The notes below the pieces were generated by a model. It worked only from the letters and a program-made list of their open reading frames with translations, was not told the DNA's origin and did no database searches. Shown here one piece after another: positions 14,623-22,487 of a DNA stretch of 26,534 nucleotides. This stretch comes from Bacteroidales bacterium. GTDB taxonomy: Bacteria > Bacteroidota > Bacteroidia > Bacteroidales > UBA7960. The position numbers were made by a program, and so were the translations under genes. Location of the stretch: contig SLEW01000002.1 of NCBI GenBank assembly GCA_007124575.1, positions 1 to 26,534 on the forward strand, given 5' to 3'. The first letter of the stretch is position 1; each line of letters starts with the position of its first letter.

Positions 14623-16674
14623 ATGACAGAAGACAAGACCAGAGAGATTATATATACGGTTAAAGACCGCTGCAAGGTATGCTATACATGTGTCAGGGAA
14701 TGCCCTGCCAAGGCCATAAAAATCATCAACGGCCAGGCAGAGATCATTTCCAGCAGATGTATCGCTTGCGGGAATTGCATACGGGTGTGCAGCCGCGACG
14801 CCAAGATGTTTGTCTTTTCAATAGACAAGGTGAAGACCTTGCTGCACAGCCATCAAAAAGTGGCTGCCATCGTTGCACCTTCCATTGCCGGTGAGTTTAC
14901 TGACATTAAAGACTACCGTCACTTTGTGGGAATGATAAAGGCCCTTGGTTTCGACTATGTGAACGAAGTGGCTTTTGGTGCTGAACTTATCGCAAGCAAA
15001 TACAAAGAACTCCTGGAATCCAAACCCGGAAGACCCCTCATATCTACAAGCTGCCCCTCTATCGTAAGCTATGTGGAAAAACACCACCCTCAGATTATTG
15101 ATTCCCTGGTTCCCGTGGTATCGCCAATGGTAGCCACAGCAAAAGTACTGAAGGAAAAACATGGCGACGATCTGCGTATTGTGTTTATAGGGCCCTGTAT
15201 TGCCAAAAAAGTGGAAGCTGAAGATAAGCAGTTTCAGGGTCTTATTGATGAGGTCATTTCTTTCCTGGAGTTGCGCAGAATGTTTGAAGAGAAAAAGCTT
15301 ACCGAAGAGAATGCTGAACCCCATGAATTTGACCCACCAGTGGCCGGTAAGGGTGCTATATTCCCTATAAGCGGGGGCATGTTGCAAACTGTAGACCTGG
15401 AAGAAGATTTTGTCAAAGGTGACATTATTGTGGCCGAAGGCCGGCACGACATCATCGAAGTACTGCGTGAATTTGAAGAAGGCTACCTGGAAGCCAAAAT
15501 GTTTGACCTCCTGCTTTGTAATGGCTGCATCAACGGCCCGGGTATGAGCCATAACCGGCAGTTCTTTTATAAAAGAAAGAACATATCCAACTTTGCAAAA
15601 AGAAGAAAAGATCTCATAGATCAGGATATGTGGCAGAAAGACCTGGAAACCTATCTGCAGCTAGAAATGAACAGAACATTTCAAGCCGATGATCAGCGAT
15701 TTACCGATCCACCTAATGAAGAAGAAATCCGTGAGGTGTTAAAACGTTTTGGGAAAAAAGAGCCAGAAGATGAGTTGAATTGCGGGGCATGTGGTTATGA
15801 TACCTGTTATGAACATGCTGTAGCCATCCTGCAAGGGTTAGCAGAATCAGAAATGTGCCTGCCTTATACCATAGACAAGCTGCATGAATATATCACGGAG
15901 CTGGATAAATCGAACCAAAAGCTGGCCTCTACGCAGGATGCTCTCAAGCAAAGCGAAAAGCTTGCATCCATGGGGCAACTGGCCGCAGGCATCGCACATG
16001 AAGTAAATAATCCGCTGGGGGTGGTGATCATGTATAGCCATATCCTGCTGGATGAGATGGATCCTTCATCACCGCTGTATCGCGACCTGAAAATGATCGT
16101 AGAGCAAGCCGACAGGTGTAAAAAAATCGTAGGCGGACTGCTCAACTTTGCCCGGAAGAGCAAGGTAAAGATTGATAAAGTAGACGTGAAAAAACTTATT
16201 AATGCCGGCCTGAAAACATTCGTGCTGCCCGAAAACGTGCATCTTGATATACGTATCAATACCCGCAACCCAGGCCTGGAATGTGACCATGACCAGATGG
16301 TGCAGGTCTTTTCCAATTTGTTTAAAAACGCAGTGGATGCCATGCCCGATGGCGGCAAGCTTAGTATCGTGGTAAGCGAAGAAGCGGGAAAAGACGGCCT
16401 GGCGATCAGTATAAGCGACTCTGGCACAGGAATTTCCAAAGAAAACCAGGAGAAAATGTTCGAACCCTTCTTTACGACAAAAGAAACAGGGCAGGGTACA
16501 GGCCTGGGACTTCCTATCATTTACGGCATCATCAAAATGCACAGCGGAAATATTAAAGTTGATTCAAATGACGATCCCGGGAAAGGTGCTACGGGAACCA
16601 CTTTTTACTTAAGCCTGCCCCGTAAGACTCCTGACAAGCATAAAACAACAAGCGAAGAAAAGCAGATTGGTTAA
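14623..16674 (+). CDS. Group C [FeFe]-hydrogenase domain fused to a histidine kinase (HisKA + HATPase_c)
   Basis: 2x[4Fe-4S] (CKVCYTCVRECP, CIACGNCIRVC), APS loop, P1 STSCP, P2 GPCIAKKVE, P3 LLCNGCINGPG, FeS domain CGACGYDTC...EMC, coiled coil. Kinase boxes: H AHEVNNP, N NLFKNAVDAM, DSGTGI, FEPFFTTK, GTGLGL. Start moved to ATG 14623. Confidence 0.93.
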   Translation: MTEDKTREIIYTVKDRCKVCYTCVRECPAKAIKIINGQAEIISSRCIACGNCIRVCSRDAKMFVFSIDKVKTLLHSHQKVAAIVAPSIAGEFTDIKDYRHFVGMIKALGFDYVNEVAFGAELIASKYKELLESKPGRPLISTSCPSIVSYVEKHHPQIIDSLVPVVSPMVATAKVLKEKHGDDLRIVFIGPCIAKKVEAEDKQFQGLIDEVISFLELRRMFEEKKLTEENAEPHEFDPPVAGKGAIFPISGGMLQTVDLEEDFVKGDIIVAEGRHDIIEVLREFEEGYLEAKMFDLLLCNGCINGPGMSHNRQFFYKRKNISNFAKRRKDLIDQDMWQKDLETYLQLEMNRTFQADDQRFTDPPNEEEIREVLKRFGKKEPEDELNCGACGYDTCYEHAVAILQGLAESEMCLPYTIDKLHEYITELDKSNQKLASTQDALKQSEKLASMGQLAAGIAHEVNNPLGVVIMYSHILLDEMDPSSPLYRDLKMIVEQADRCKKIVGGLLNFARKSKVKIDKVDVKKLINAGLKTFVLPENVHLDIRINTRNPGLECDHDQMVQVFSNLFKNAVDAMPDGGKLSIVVSEEAGKDGLAISISDSGTGISKENQEKMFEPFFTTKETGQGTGLGLPIIYGIIKMHSGNIKVDSNDDPGKGATGTTFYLSLPRKTPDKHKTTSEEKQIG

Positions 16675-16694
16675 ACAATAAAACACCATATATT

Positions 16695-17093
16695 ATGCTG
16701 AAAAAAGAAAAAAAAACCATCCTGATTGTCGATGACGATGTCGACTATCTTTTTCAGATGAAAGAAGGAATTAAGGACATGGGTTTTGAAGTGATCACTG
16801 CCGGGACGCAAAAGGAGGCAGAAGACATCATAGAACGTACCCGTCCCGACCTCGCTATCCTTGATCTGATGATGGAAAACCAGGATACCGGTTTCATCCT
16901 GGGGCATAGGATTAAAAACACCTATCCGGATGTGCCTGTGATTATCGTGTCGGCCGTCACCGCGGAAACAGGAATGCTTTTCGATGTGACCACGGAAGAG
17001 GATCGCGACTGGATCAAGGCTGAGCTTTTCCTTGATAAGGGCATCAGGATGGATCAGTTGCATAAGGAGATCAAGAAGCTTCTAAAAATATAA
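16695..17093 (+). CDS. Single-domain response regulator (receiver only)
   Basis: ILIVDDD, phosphoacceptor ILDLMM, IIVSA, and Lys in FLDKG. No output domain (132 aa). Confidence 0.92.
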   Translation: MLKKEKKTILIVDDDVDYLFQMKEGIKDMGFEVITAGTQKEAEDIIERTRPDLAILDLMMENQDTGFILGHRIKNTYPDVPVIIVSAVTAETGMLFDVTTEEDRDWIKAELFLDKGIRMDQLHKEIKKLLKI

Positions 17094-17097
17094 TCCG

Positions 17098-18222
17098 ATG
17101 GAAAATCTTAAGCTTTTGGTTGTTGATGATGAGCCTGGTATTCGCAGCGGGGTGAGTCGCATCCTTGAAAATTATACAGTAAGCTTTCCTTTTATGGATG
17201 AAGATTATGGCTTTACTGTGGATGTAGCGGAAACAGGCGAAGAGGCGCTTGAGATCATCAAAAGCAAACCACTCGACATTATCCTGCTCGACAACAAGCT
17301 TCCTGGTATCCAGGGAGTGGAAGTGCTTGAATATATAAATCAGCAAAACATCGACGTGGTGGTGGTGATGATCACTTCGTATGCCTCTCTTGAACTCGCA
17401 GTGAAAGCTACCCGGCAGGGAGCCTACGATTTTGTACCCAAGCCATTCACACCAAAAGAGCTGCGTGCATCCGTGGAAACGATCACAAAACAGCTGTTCC
17501 TTCGCAGGATGACCCAGAAACTTAACACGGAAGGTCGCCAGGTGCGGTTTCAGTTTCTTTCTGTGCTTTCACATGAACTGAAGTCCCCGCTCAATGCGGT
17601 AGAAGGTTATCTTAAAATGATGCAGGACAAAAAATATGGCGAGCAGATCACCGAATACATGGAAATGATAGACCGTTCGCTGCACAGAGTAAAGGGCATG
17701 CGGAATCTTATAATGGATATGCTTGACTTTACCAAAATTGAAAGTGGCAAAAAACAGCGGAAAATCAAACCTTTGGATCTGTGTGACATTAGCCAGCAGT
17801 GCGTTGAGGCATTTCAGCCTCTTGCTATTCAAAAAGACGTGGACATTTATATCAATTGTAGTGAAAAGATCACCCTGGAAGCTGACAAGCAGGAAATTGA
17901 GATTATATGCAATAACCTGATATCCAATGCAATAAAATACAACAAAAATGGCGGCAGGGTGGATGTCAACCTCAATAAGGAAGAAGACAAGGTAATCCTA
18001 AGTGTAGAAGATACAGGCATAGGCATGGAGCCTGAAGACACCAAAACTCTTTTCGAAGATTTTGTCAGGATTAAAAGCGAACAGACAAAGGATATCACGG
18101 GTAGTGGACTTGGCCTGTCGATTGTGAAGAAGATTCTGGATATGTATGATGCCAGTATCTCCATTGACAGTGAGCCTGGTAAGGGCAGCTGCTTTACCGT
18201 GGTATTCAATAACCAGGCATGA
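17098..18222 (+). CDS. Hybrid receiver-histidine kinase (REC-HisKA-HATPase_c)
   Basis: LVVDDE, LLDNKLPG, MITSY, PKPF; then SHELKSPL, NLISNAIKY, EDTGIG, F-box and GSGLGL. No transmembrane or sensor domain. Confidence 0.93.
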   Translation: MENLKLLVVDDEPGIRSGVSRILENYTVSFPFMDEDYGFTVDVAETGEEALEIIKSKPLDIILLDNKLPGIQGVEVLEYINQQNIDVVVVMITSYASLELAVKATRQGAYDFVPKPFTPKELRASVETITKQLFLRRMTQKLNTEGRQVRFQFLSVLSHELKSPLNAVEGYLKMMQDKKYGEQITEYMEMIDRSLHRVKGMRNLIMDMLDFTKIESGKKQRKIKPLDLCDISQQCVEAFQPLAIQKDVDIYINCSEKITLEADKQEIEIICNNLISNAIKYNKNGGRVDVNLNKEEDKVILSVEDTGIGMEPEDTKTLFEDFVRIKSEQTKDITGSGLGLSIVKKILDMYDASISIDSEPGKGSCFTVVFNNQA

Positions 18223-18261
18223 TTCAAAAAAATAATCAATAACAAGCATACAGGCAGAAAA

Positions 18262-18891
18262 ATGGGCAAAAACAAACCACAGGCGTTGCCGGGTAAAACG
18301 GTGGAAAGACTCAGCCAATACAGGCGGATACTATATAACAGCATCCGTGAGGGCAAAACCAACATTTACTCCCATGAGCTGGCCAAAATGATGAACCTCA
18401 CTCCTGTGCAGGTGCGCAGGGATTTAATGCTTATAGGTTATTCCGGAAGCCAGAGCAAAGGGTATGTTGTTAAAGACCTGGTGACCCTGATAGGCAAAAT
18501 CATCGACAGCGACAAAGGCCAAAGGATCATTGTGGTAGGGATGGGTAATCTGGGAAGGGCAATCACCAGCTATTTCAGCGGAAAGCGTGAAAAACTCTCT
18601 ATTGCGGCCGCATTCGACAACGATTTGCAGAAAACAGACCGCATCGTGGCCGGGATCCCTTGCTATCATATCAACCAGATAAAGGAATATGTAGAAAAAG
18701 AGGGTATCAGTATTGCCGTGCTGACCGTATCTCCCGAAGCCACCCATGATGTATCCAAAAAACTGCTGGAAGCAGGCATCAAAGGGATTTTAAACTACAC
18801 CTCTGTACCGCTTACCGTGCCGGAAGATGTTCACCTGGAAGAATATGATATTGTTACATCACTCGAAAAACTAGCTTATCTTGTAAAATGA
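18262..18891 (+). CDS. rex: Redox-sensing transcriptional repressor Rex
   Basis: Winged helix RLSQYRR...SHELA...QVRRDL...GY and Rossmann motif VGMGNLGRA. ATGA overlap with the next gene. Confidence 0.94.
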   Translation: MGKNKPQALPGKTVERLSQYRRILYNSIREGKTNIYSHELAKMMNLTPVQVRRDLMLIGYSGSQSKGYVVKDLVTLIGKIIDSDKGQRIIVVGMGNLGRAITSYFSGKREKLSIAAAFDNDLQKTDRIVAGIPCYHINQIKEYVEKEGISIAVLTVSPEATHDVSKKLLEAGIKGILNYTSVPLTVPEDVHLEEYDIVTSLEKLAYLVK

Positions 18892-19808
18892 AGGTATATT
18901 ATCATACCGCAGAAGCGGCAGGAAAGATAAAGAATGCAGTTGTTACCACAGGCTCCTTTGATGGTGTGCACGTAGGACATAAGTTGATAATAGACAGGCT
19001 TAATGAGATCGCTGATGACATCGGGGGCGAATCCGTGCTTATCACTTTTTATCCGCATCCGCGGAAAGTACTGTATCCCGATCAGCAAAGCCTGAAAATG
19101 ATTAACTCGCAGGAAGAAAAAATCGAGCTCCTTCGCAAGGCAGGCCTTAAAAACCTCATCATCATCCCCTTTTCTCTTGAATTTTCAAAGACAACTTCAA
19201 GAGATTTTGTAGTCAACATGCTCGTCGGCCATCTGGAGGCCCGTGTCATTGTCGTAGGACATAACCATCACTTTGGCTATGCCAGAAAGGGTGACTATAC
19301 ATACCTGCATCGCCTAAGCCGCGATGTGGGGTTTGGCGTGGAAGAAATCCCCCTGCAAATGATAGAAAATGAAACCGTTAGTTCTACGAAGATCAGGAAG
19401 GCACTGCAGGAAGGTTACATACAAAGAGCCAACGCTTACCTGGATCACCAATACATCATCAAAGGAAAACTTTATGATGGTCCTGTCTATTCCGGTATCA
19501 GCTCCCAACCCATGACAGGTATTGAAATTACTGCTGACGAGAAGCTTATCCCCCCACCTGGCATATATGCCACCAACCTGTTTTTGGAAGGCGAGTGGCT
19601 GAAAACCATGACATACATCTCCTATGTAGGTAACGGACAGCCCAGGGTGGAAAGCATGTTTATTTACGATGATGTGCGCGTCACAAACAAATCCGGTACC
19701 CTCTATTTTTACAAGCGTGTAATGGAGGGAGATCCGGCCGGAAATGGTTCAATGGATCAGAACATGATGAGTCAAGCCAGGGAAATGGTGGAAGACCTGA
19801 TCTACTAA
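18888..19808 (+). CDS. RibF-like FAD synthetase (FMN adenylyltransferase) with a degenerate riboflavin-kinase domain
   Basis: The N-domain is intact: GSFDGVHVGH, TFYPHP, VVGHNHHFG, VSSTKIR. The C-domain keeps IPPPGIYA but lacks GxxxGRxLGFPTAN and NxGxRPT. Confidence 0.85.
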   Translation: MKVYYHTAEAAGKIKNAVVTTGSFDGVHVGHKLIIDRLNEIADDIGGESVLITFYPHPRKVLYPDQQSLKMINSQEEKIELLRKAGLKNLIIIPFSLEFSKTTSRDFVVNMLVGHLEARVIVVGHNHHFGYARKGDYTYLHRLSRDVGFGVEEIPLQMIENETVSSTKIRKALQEGYIQRANAYLDHQYIIKGKLYDGPVYSGISSQPMTGIEITADEKLIPPPGIYATNLFLEGEWLKTMTYISYVGNGQPRVESMFIYDDVRVTNKSGTLYFYKRVMEGDPAGNGSMDQNMMSQAREMVEDLIY

Positions 19809-19830
19809 TGCAAGAAAATCTGGTACTATC

Positions 19831-20610
19831 ATGGTTGATAAAAAAAACATGACCATCACTTTTTTAGGAACAGGGACATCCACAGGTGTTCCGGTTGTGG
19901 CTTGCAACTGCCAGGTATGTACCAGTTCAGATCCGCACGATCAAAGACTGAGAACGTCTGTGATGCTCTCGCTGAACGGACATCACTATGTGATTGATTG
20001 TGGCCCTGACTTCCGATACCAGATGATACGGGAAAAAGTGGATGATATTTCCGCCATTCTTTTTACCCATGGCCATCGCGACCATATTGCCGGCCTCGAC
20101 GATGTACGTGCGTTCAATTATGTGCTCAATAAAACGGTAGATATCTATGCCACCGAAAGGGTGATTGACTCCATTAATAAAGAGTTTCCATACATTTTGA
20201 AGGAAAAACGCTTTTTTGGTGCCCCACAGCTTCATTTTCACATCATCGAAAATAAGCCATTTACAATAAACGGTACGCTATTCAAGCCTGTGGAAGTCCT
20301 GCATCATAAAATGCCGGTGCTGGGTTTCCGGGTAGGTGATTTTACCTATATTACAGATGCAAGTTATATCTCTGATGAAGAAAAAGAGAAGATAAAAGGA
20401 AGCAAGGTGCTGGTAATTAATGCGCTGCGTAAATCCAAACATATTTCTCACTTCTCTCTTGATGAAGCCCTGCAGGTGATTGAAGAGGTAAAGCCAGAAA
20501 AGGCATGGATTACACATCTTAGCCACTTCATAGGAATGCATGAGGATATCAATCGCTCCCTTCCCGGCCATGTTGCCCTTGCCTATGACGGCCTGCAAAT
20601 ACAGCTTTAA
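19831..20610 (+). CDS. Metallo-beta-lactamase-fold hydrolase, PhnP/YycJ-like phosphodiesterase
   Basis: FLGTGTSTGVP, IDCGPD, THGHRDHIAG, YITD, THLSH, AYDG. Confidence 0.9.
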   Translation: MVDKKNMTITFLGTGTSTGVPVVACNCQVCTSSDPHDQRLRTSVMLSLNGHHYVIDCGPDFRYQMIREKVDDISAILFTHGHRDHIAGLDDVRAFNYVLNKTVDIYATERVIDSINKEFPYILKEKRFFGAPQLHFHIIENKPFTINGTLFKPVEVLHHKMPVLGFRVGDFTYITDASYISDEEKEKIKGSKVLVINALRKSKHISHFSLDEALQVIEEVKPEKAWITHLSHFIGMHEDINRSLPGHVALAYDGLQIQL

Positions 20611-20674
20611 TCCCATAGAAAACCAACAACGCGATCAGCAGCCCCGTTTATCAGACTGTTGTATCTGGTAATTG

Positions 20675-20697
20675 AGCATTTAAATTATTTTAATGCT
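20675..20697. promoter_or_regulatory. 11-1-11 near-perfect palindrome upstream of hydG, candidate operator
   Basis: AGCATTTAAAT-T-ATTTTAATGCT has 10 of 11 pairs complementary and ends 39 bp upstream of a -7 box. Confidence 0.45.
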
Positions 20698-20736
20698 TTT
20701 TCTGTTTAAACATGCCTGCAGGTATGGAAAATTCCG

Positions 20737-20744
20737 TATTTTTG
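20737..20744 (+). promoter_or_regulatory. Putative Bacteroidota -7 promoter box for hydG
   Basis: TATTTTTG matches TAnnTTTG, 26 bp before ATG 20771. Confidence 0.55.
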
Positions 20745-20770
20745 TAATATCTATAGAAAATGTTTAAATA

Positions 20771-22198
20771 ATGATATATCACCCGCAAACATACCGTATT
20801 CCTGATAAAAGGATGCAGCCCTTCATTGATGCTGATGAGATTTGGGGCTTCATTAACGACGTGAAACCGGATAAGCAGCGTGTGAGGGATGTGATACAAG
20901 CGTCATTGGATAAAAAACGCCTCTCGCTTGAAGAAACAGCTGTATTGATCAATGCTGATGATCCTGATCTGATTGAAGAAATAAAAGAGGGAGCCAGGAC
21001 TCTGAAAGAAAAGGTCTACGGGGAACGCATTGTGTTGTTTGCCCCGCTTTATGTAGGCGACTTATGCACAAACAATTGCCAGTACTGTGGCTTCAGGGCA
21101 TCCAACAAAGAAGTGCAACGCATCACGCTTAATAAACAGGAACTCATTGTTGAAACCAAGGCATTGATTGATCAGGGTCATAAGCGGCTCATTCTTGTTT
21201 ACGGCGAACACCCCAAATATTCGGCTGACTTTATTTCTGAGACAGTAGACATTGTATATGGGGTGAAGCATAAAAACGGGGAGATCCGACGGGTGAACAT
21301 CAACGCAGCACCTTTTGACATTCCCGGATTCCGTAAGATTAAAGAGTCCGGGATCGGTACCTTTCAGATATTCCAGGAAACCTATCACGAGCCCACCTAT
21401 ATGCGTGTGCATCTGGGGGGTATTAAGAGGAATTACGATTGGCGTCTTACATCGTTAGATCGTGCTCAGGAAGCCGGGATCGACGATGTAGGGATAGGAG
21501 CACTGTTTGGTCTTTACGACTGGCGCTTCGAAGTTTTAGGCCTGGTAAGACATGTGAATCATTTTGAGGCCGTGTATAATGTCGGTCCGCATACCATCTC
21601 TTTCCCAAGGATACAGAACGCCATGTCACTCGACATAGACAAAAAGCACCTGGTGACTGATGAAGAATTTGTGCGCCTTGTATCCATCCTGCGTCTCGCC
21701 GTACCTTATACCGGAATGATCCTCACCGCCAGAGAGCCCTCCCACATACGTGATCAGGTGTTGCGTTTCGGTGTATCACAAATCGATGGCGGAACTAACC
21801 TGGAGCTCGGAGGCTACTCCAAAGGCAAAAATGAAGCACAAGACCTGAGTAAGGGCCAGTTTCAGATCAACGACAATCGCTCCCTGAGTGAAATCATGGA
21901 TGAGTTGATAAACAGAGGATACATACCGTCTTTCTGTACCGCCTGCTATCGACTGGGGCGAACAGGAGAGCACTTTATGGAGTTTTCGGTTCCCGGATTT
22001 ATCAAAAGATATTGTACCCCAAATGCCATGCTCACACTGGCAGAATATCTGGAAGACTATGCCTCAGAAGAAACAAAAAAAGCCGGATATAACCTGATTG
22101 ACAACAAAATTAAAGAGCTGGAACAGGAGCAAAAGACAGAAAAGCTTAAAGAAAAAATTGATAAAGTTAAGTCCGGACAACGAGATCTATATTTTTAA
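20771..22198 (+). CDS. hydG: [FeFe]-hydrogenase H-cluster radical SAM maturase HydG
   Basis: FAPLYVGDLCTNNCQYCGF (Cx3Cx2C), FQETYH, DDVGIGALFG, PHTISFPR, and auxiliary-cluster motif FCTACYR-x-YCTPNA (Cx2Cx22C). Confidence 0.96.
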   Translation: MIYHPQTYRIPDKRMQPFIDADEIWGFINDVKPDKQRVRDVIQASLDKKRLSLEETAVLINADDPDLIEEIKEGARTLKEKVYGERIVLFAPLYVGDLCTNNCQYCGFRASNKEVQRITLNKQELIVETKALIDQGHKRLILVYGEHPKYSADFISETVDIVYGVKHKNGEIRRVNINAAPFDIPGFRKIKESGIGTFQIFQETYHEPTYMRVHLGGIKRNYDWRLTSLDRAQEAGIDDVGIGALFGLYDWRFEVLGLVRHVNHFEAVYNVGPHTISFPRIQNAMSLDIDKKHLVTDEEFVRLVSILRLAVPYTGMILTAREPSHIRDQVLRFGVSQIDGGTNLELGGYSKGKNEAQDLSKGQFQINDNRSLSEIMDELINRGYIPSFCTACYRLGRTGEHFMEFSVPGFIKRYCTPNAMLTLAEYLEDYASEETKKAGYNLIDNKIKELEQEQKTEKLKEKIDKVKSGQRDLYF

Positions 22199-22209
22199 AT
22201 TCAGGAATT

Positions 22210-22476
22210 ATGCAACAGACCATGGTTCTCGGCATTTTGGTGTTTGACCGCATCAAAGAGGCCGGCAAAACACAAGAAGTACTTACCAGGCATGCTGATG
22301 TAATCCGCACAAGACTTGGATTTCATGAACTATCCGATAATATTTGCAGCCGTGTTGGTACAATCCTGCTGATATTGCAGGGAAAACCCGAAAAATGGGA
22401 GAGACTGCGTGAAGAACTCGCAAAGGTCGGCGGTATTGAAATAAAAGAAATGAAGTTCGAGCACATGTTCAAGTAA
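22210..22476 (+). CDS. TM1266-family iron-only hydrogenase system regulator (ACT-like), copy 1
   Basis: LGILV..R...Q.VLT....IRTRLGFH...G.I.L pattern; directly after hydG. Confidence 0.8.
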   Translation: MQQTMVLGILVFDRIKEAGKTQEVLTRHADVIRTRLGFHELSDNICSRVGTILLILQGKPEKWERLREELAKVGGIEIKEMKFEHMFK

Positions 22477-22487
22477 ACCATGATATC

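Noticed and set aside
14818-15552. 244-aa antisense ORF, plus other long shadow ORFs such as 23391-24023, 15864-16520, 5935-6507 and 6755-7447
   Set aside because: They lie entirely opposite well-supported genes and show no recognisable motifs. They are expected by-products of codon bias.
16701-16716. A6-G-A9 run at the start of the receiver gene as a phase-variation tract
   Set aside because: It encodes an in-frame KKEKK. A-rich 5' ends are normal in Bacteroidota, and there is no evidence of length variation.
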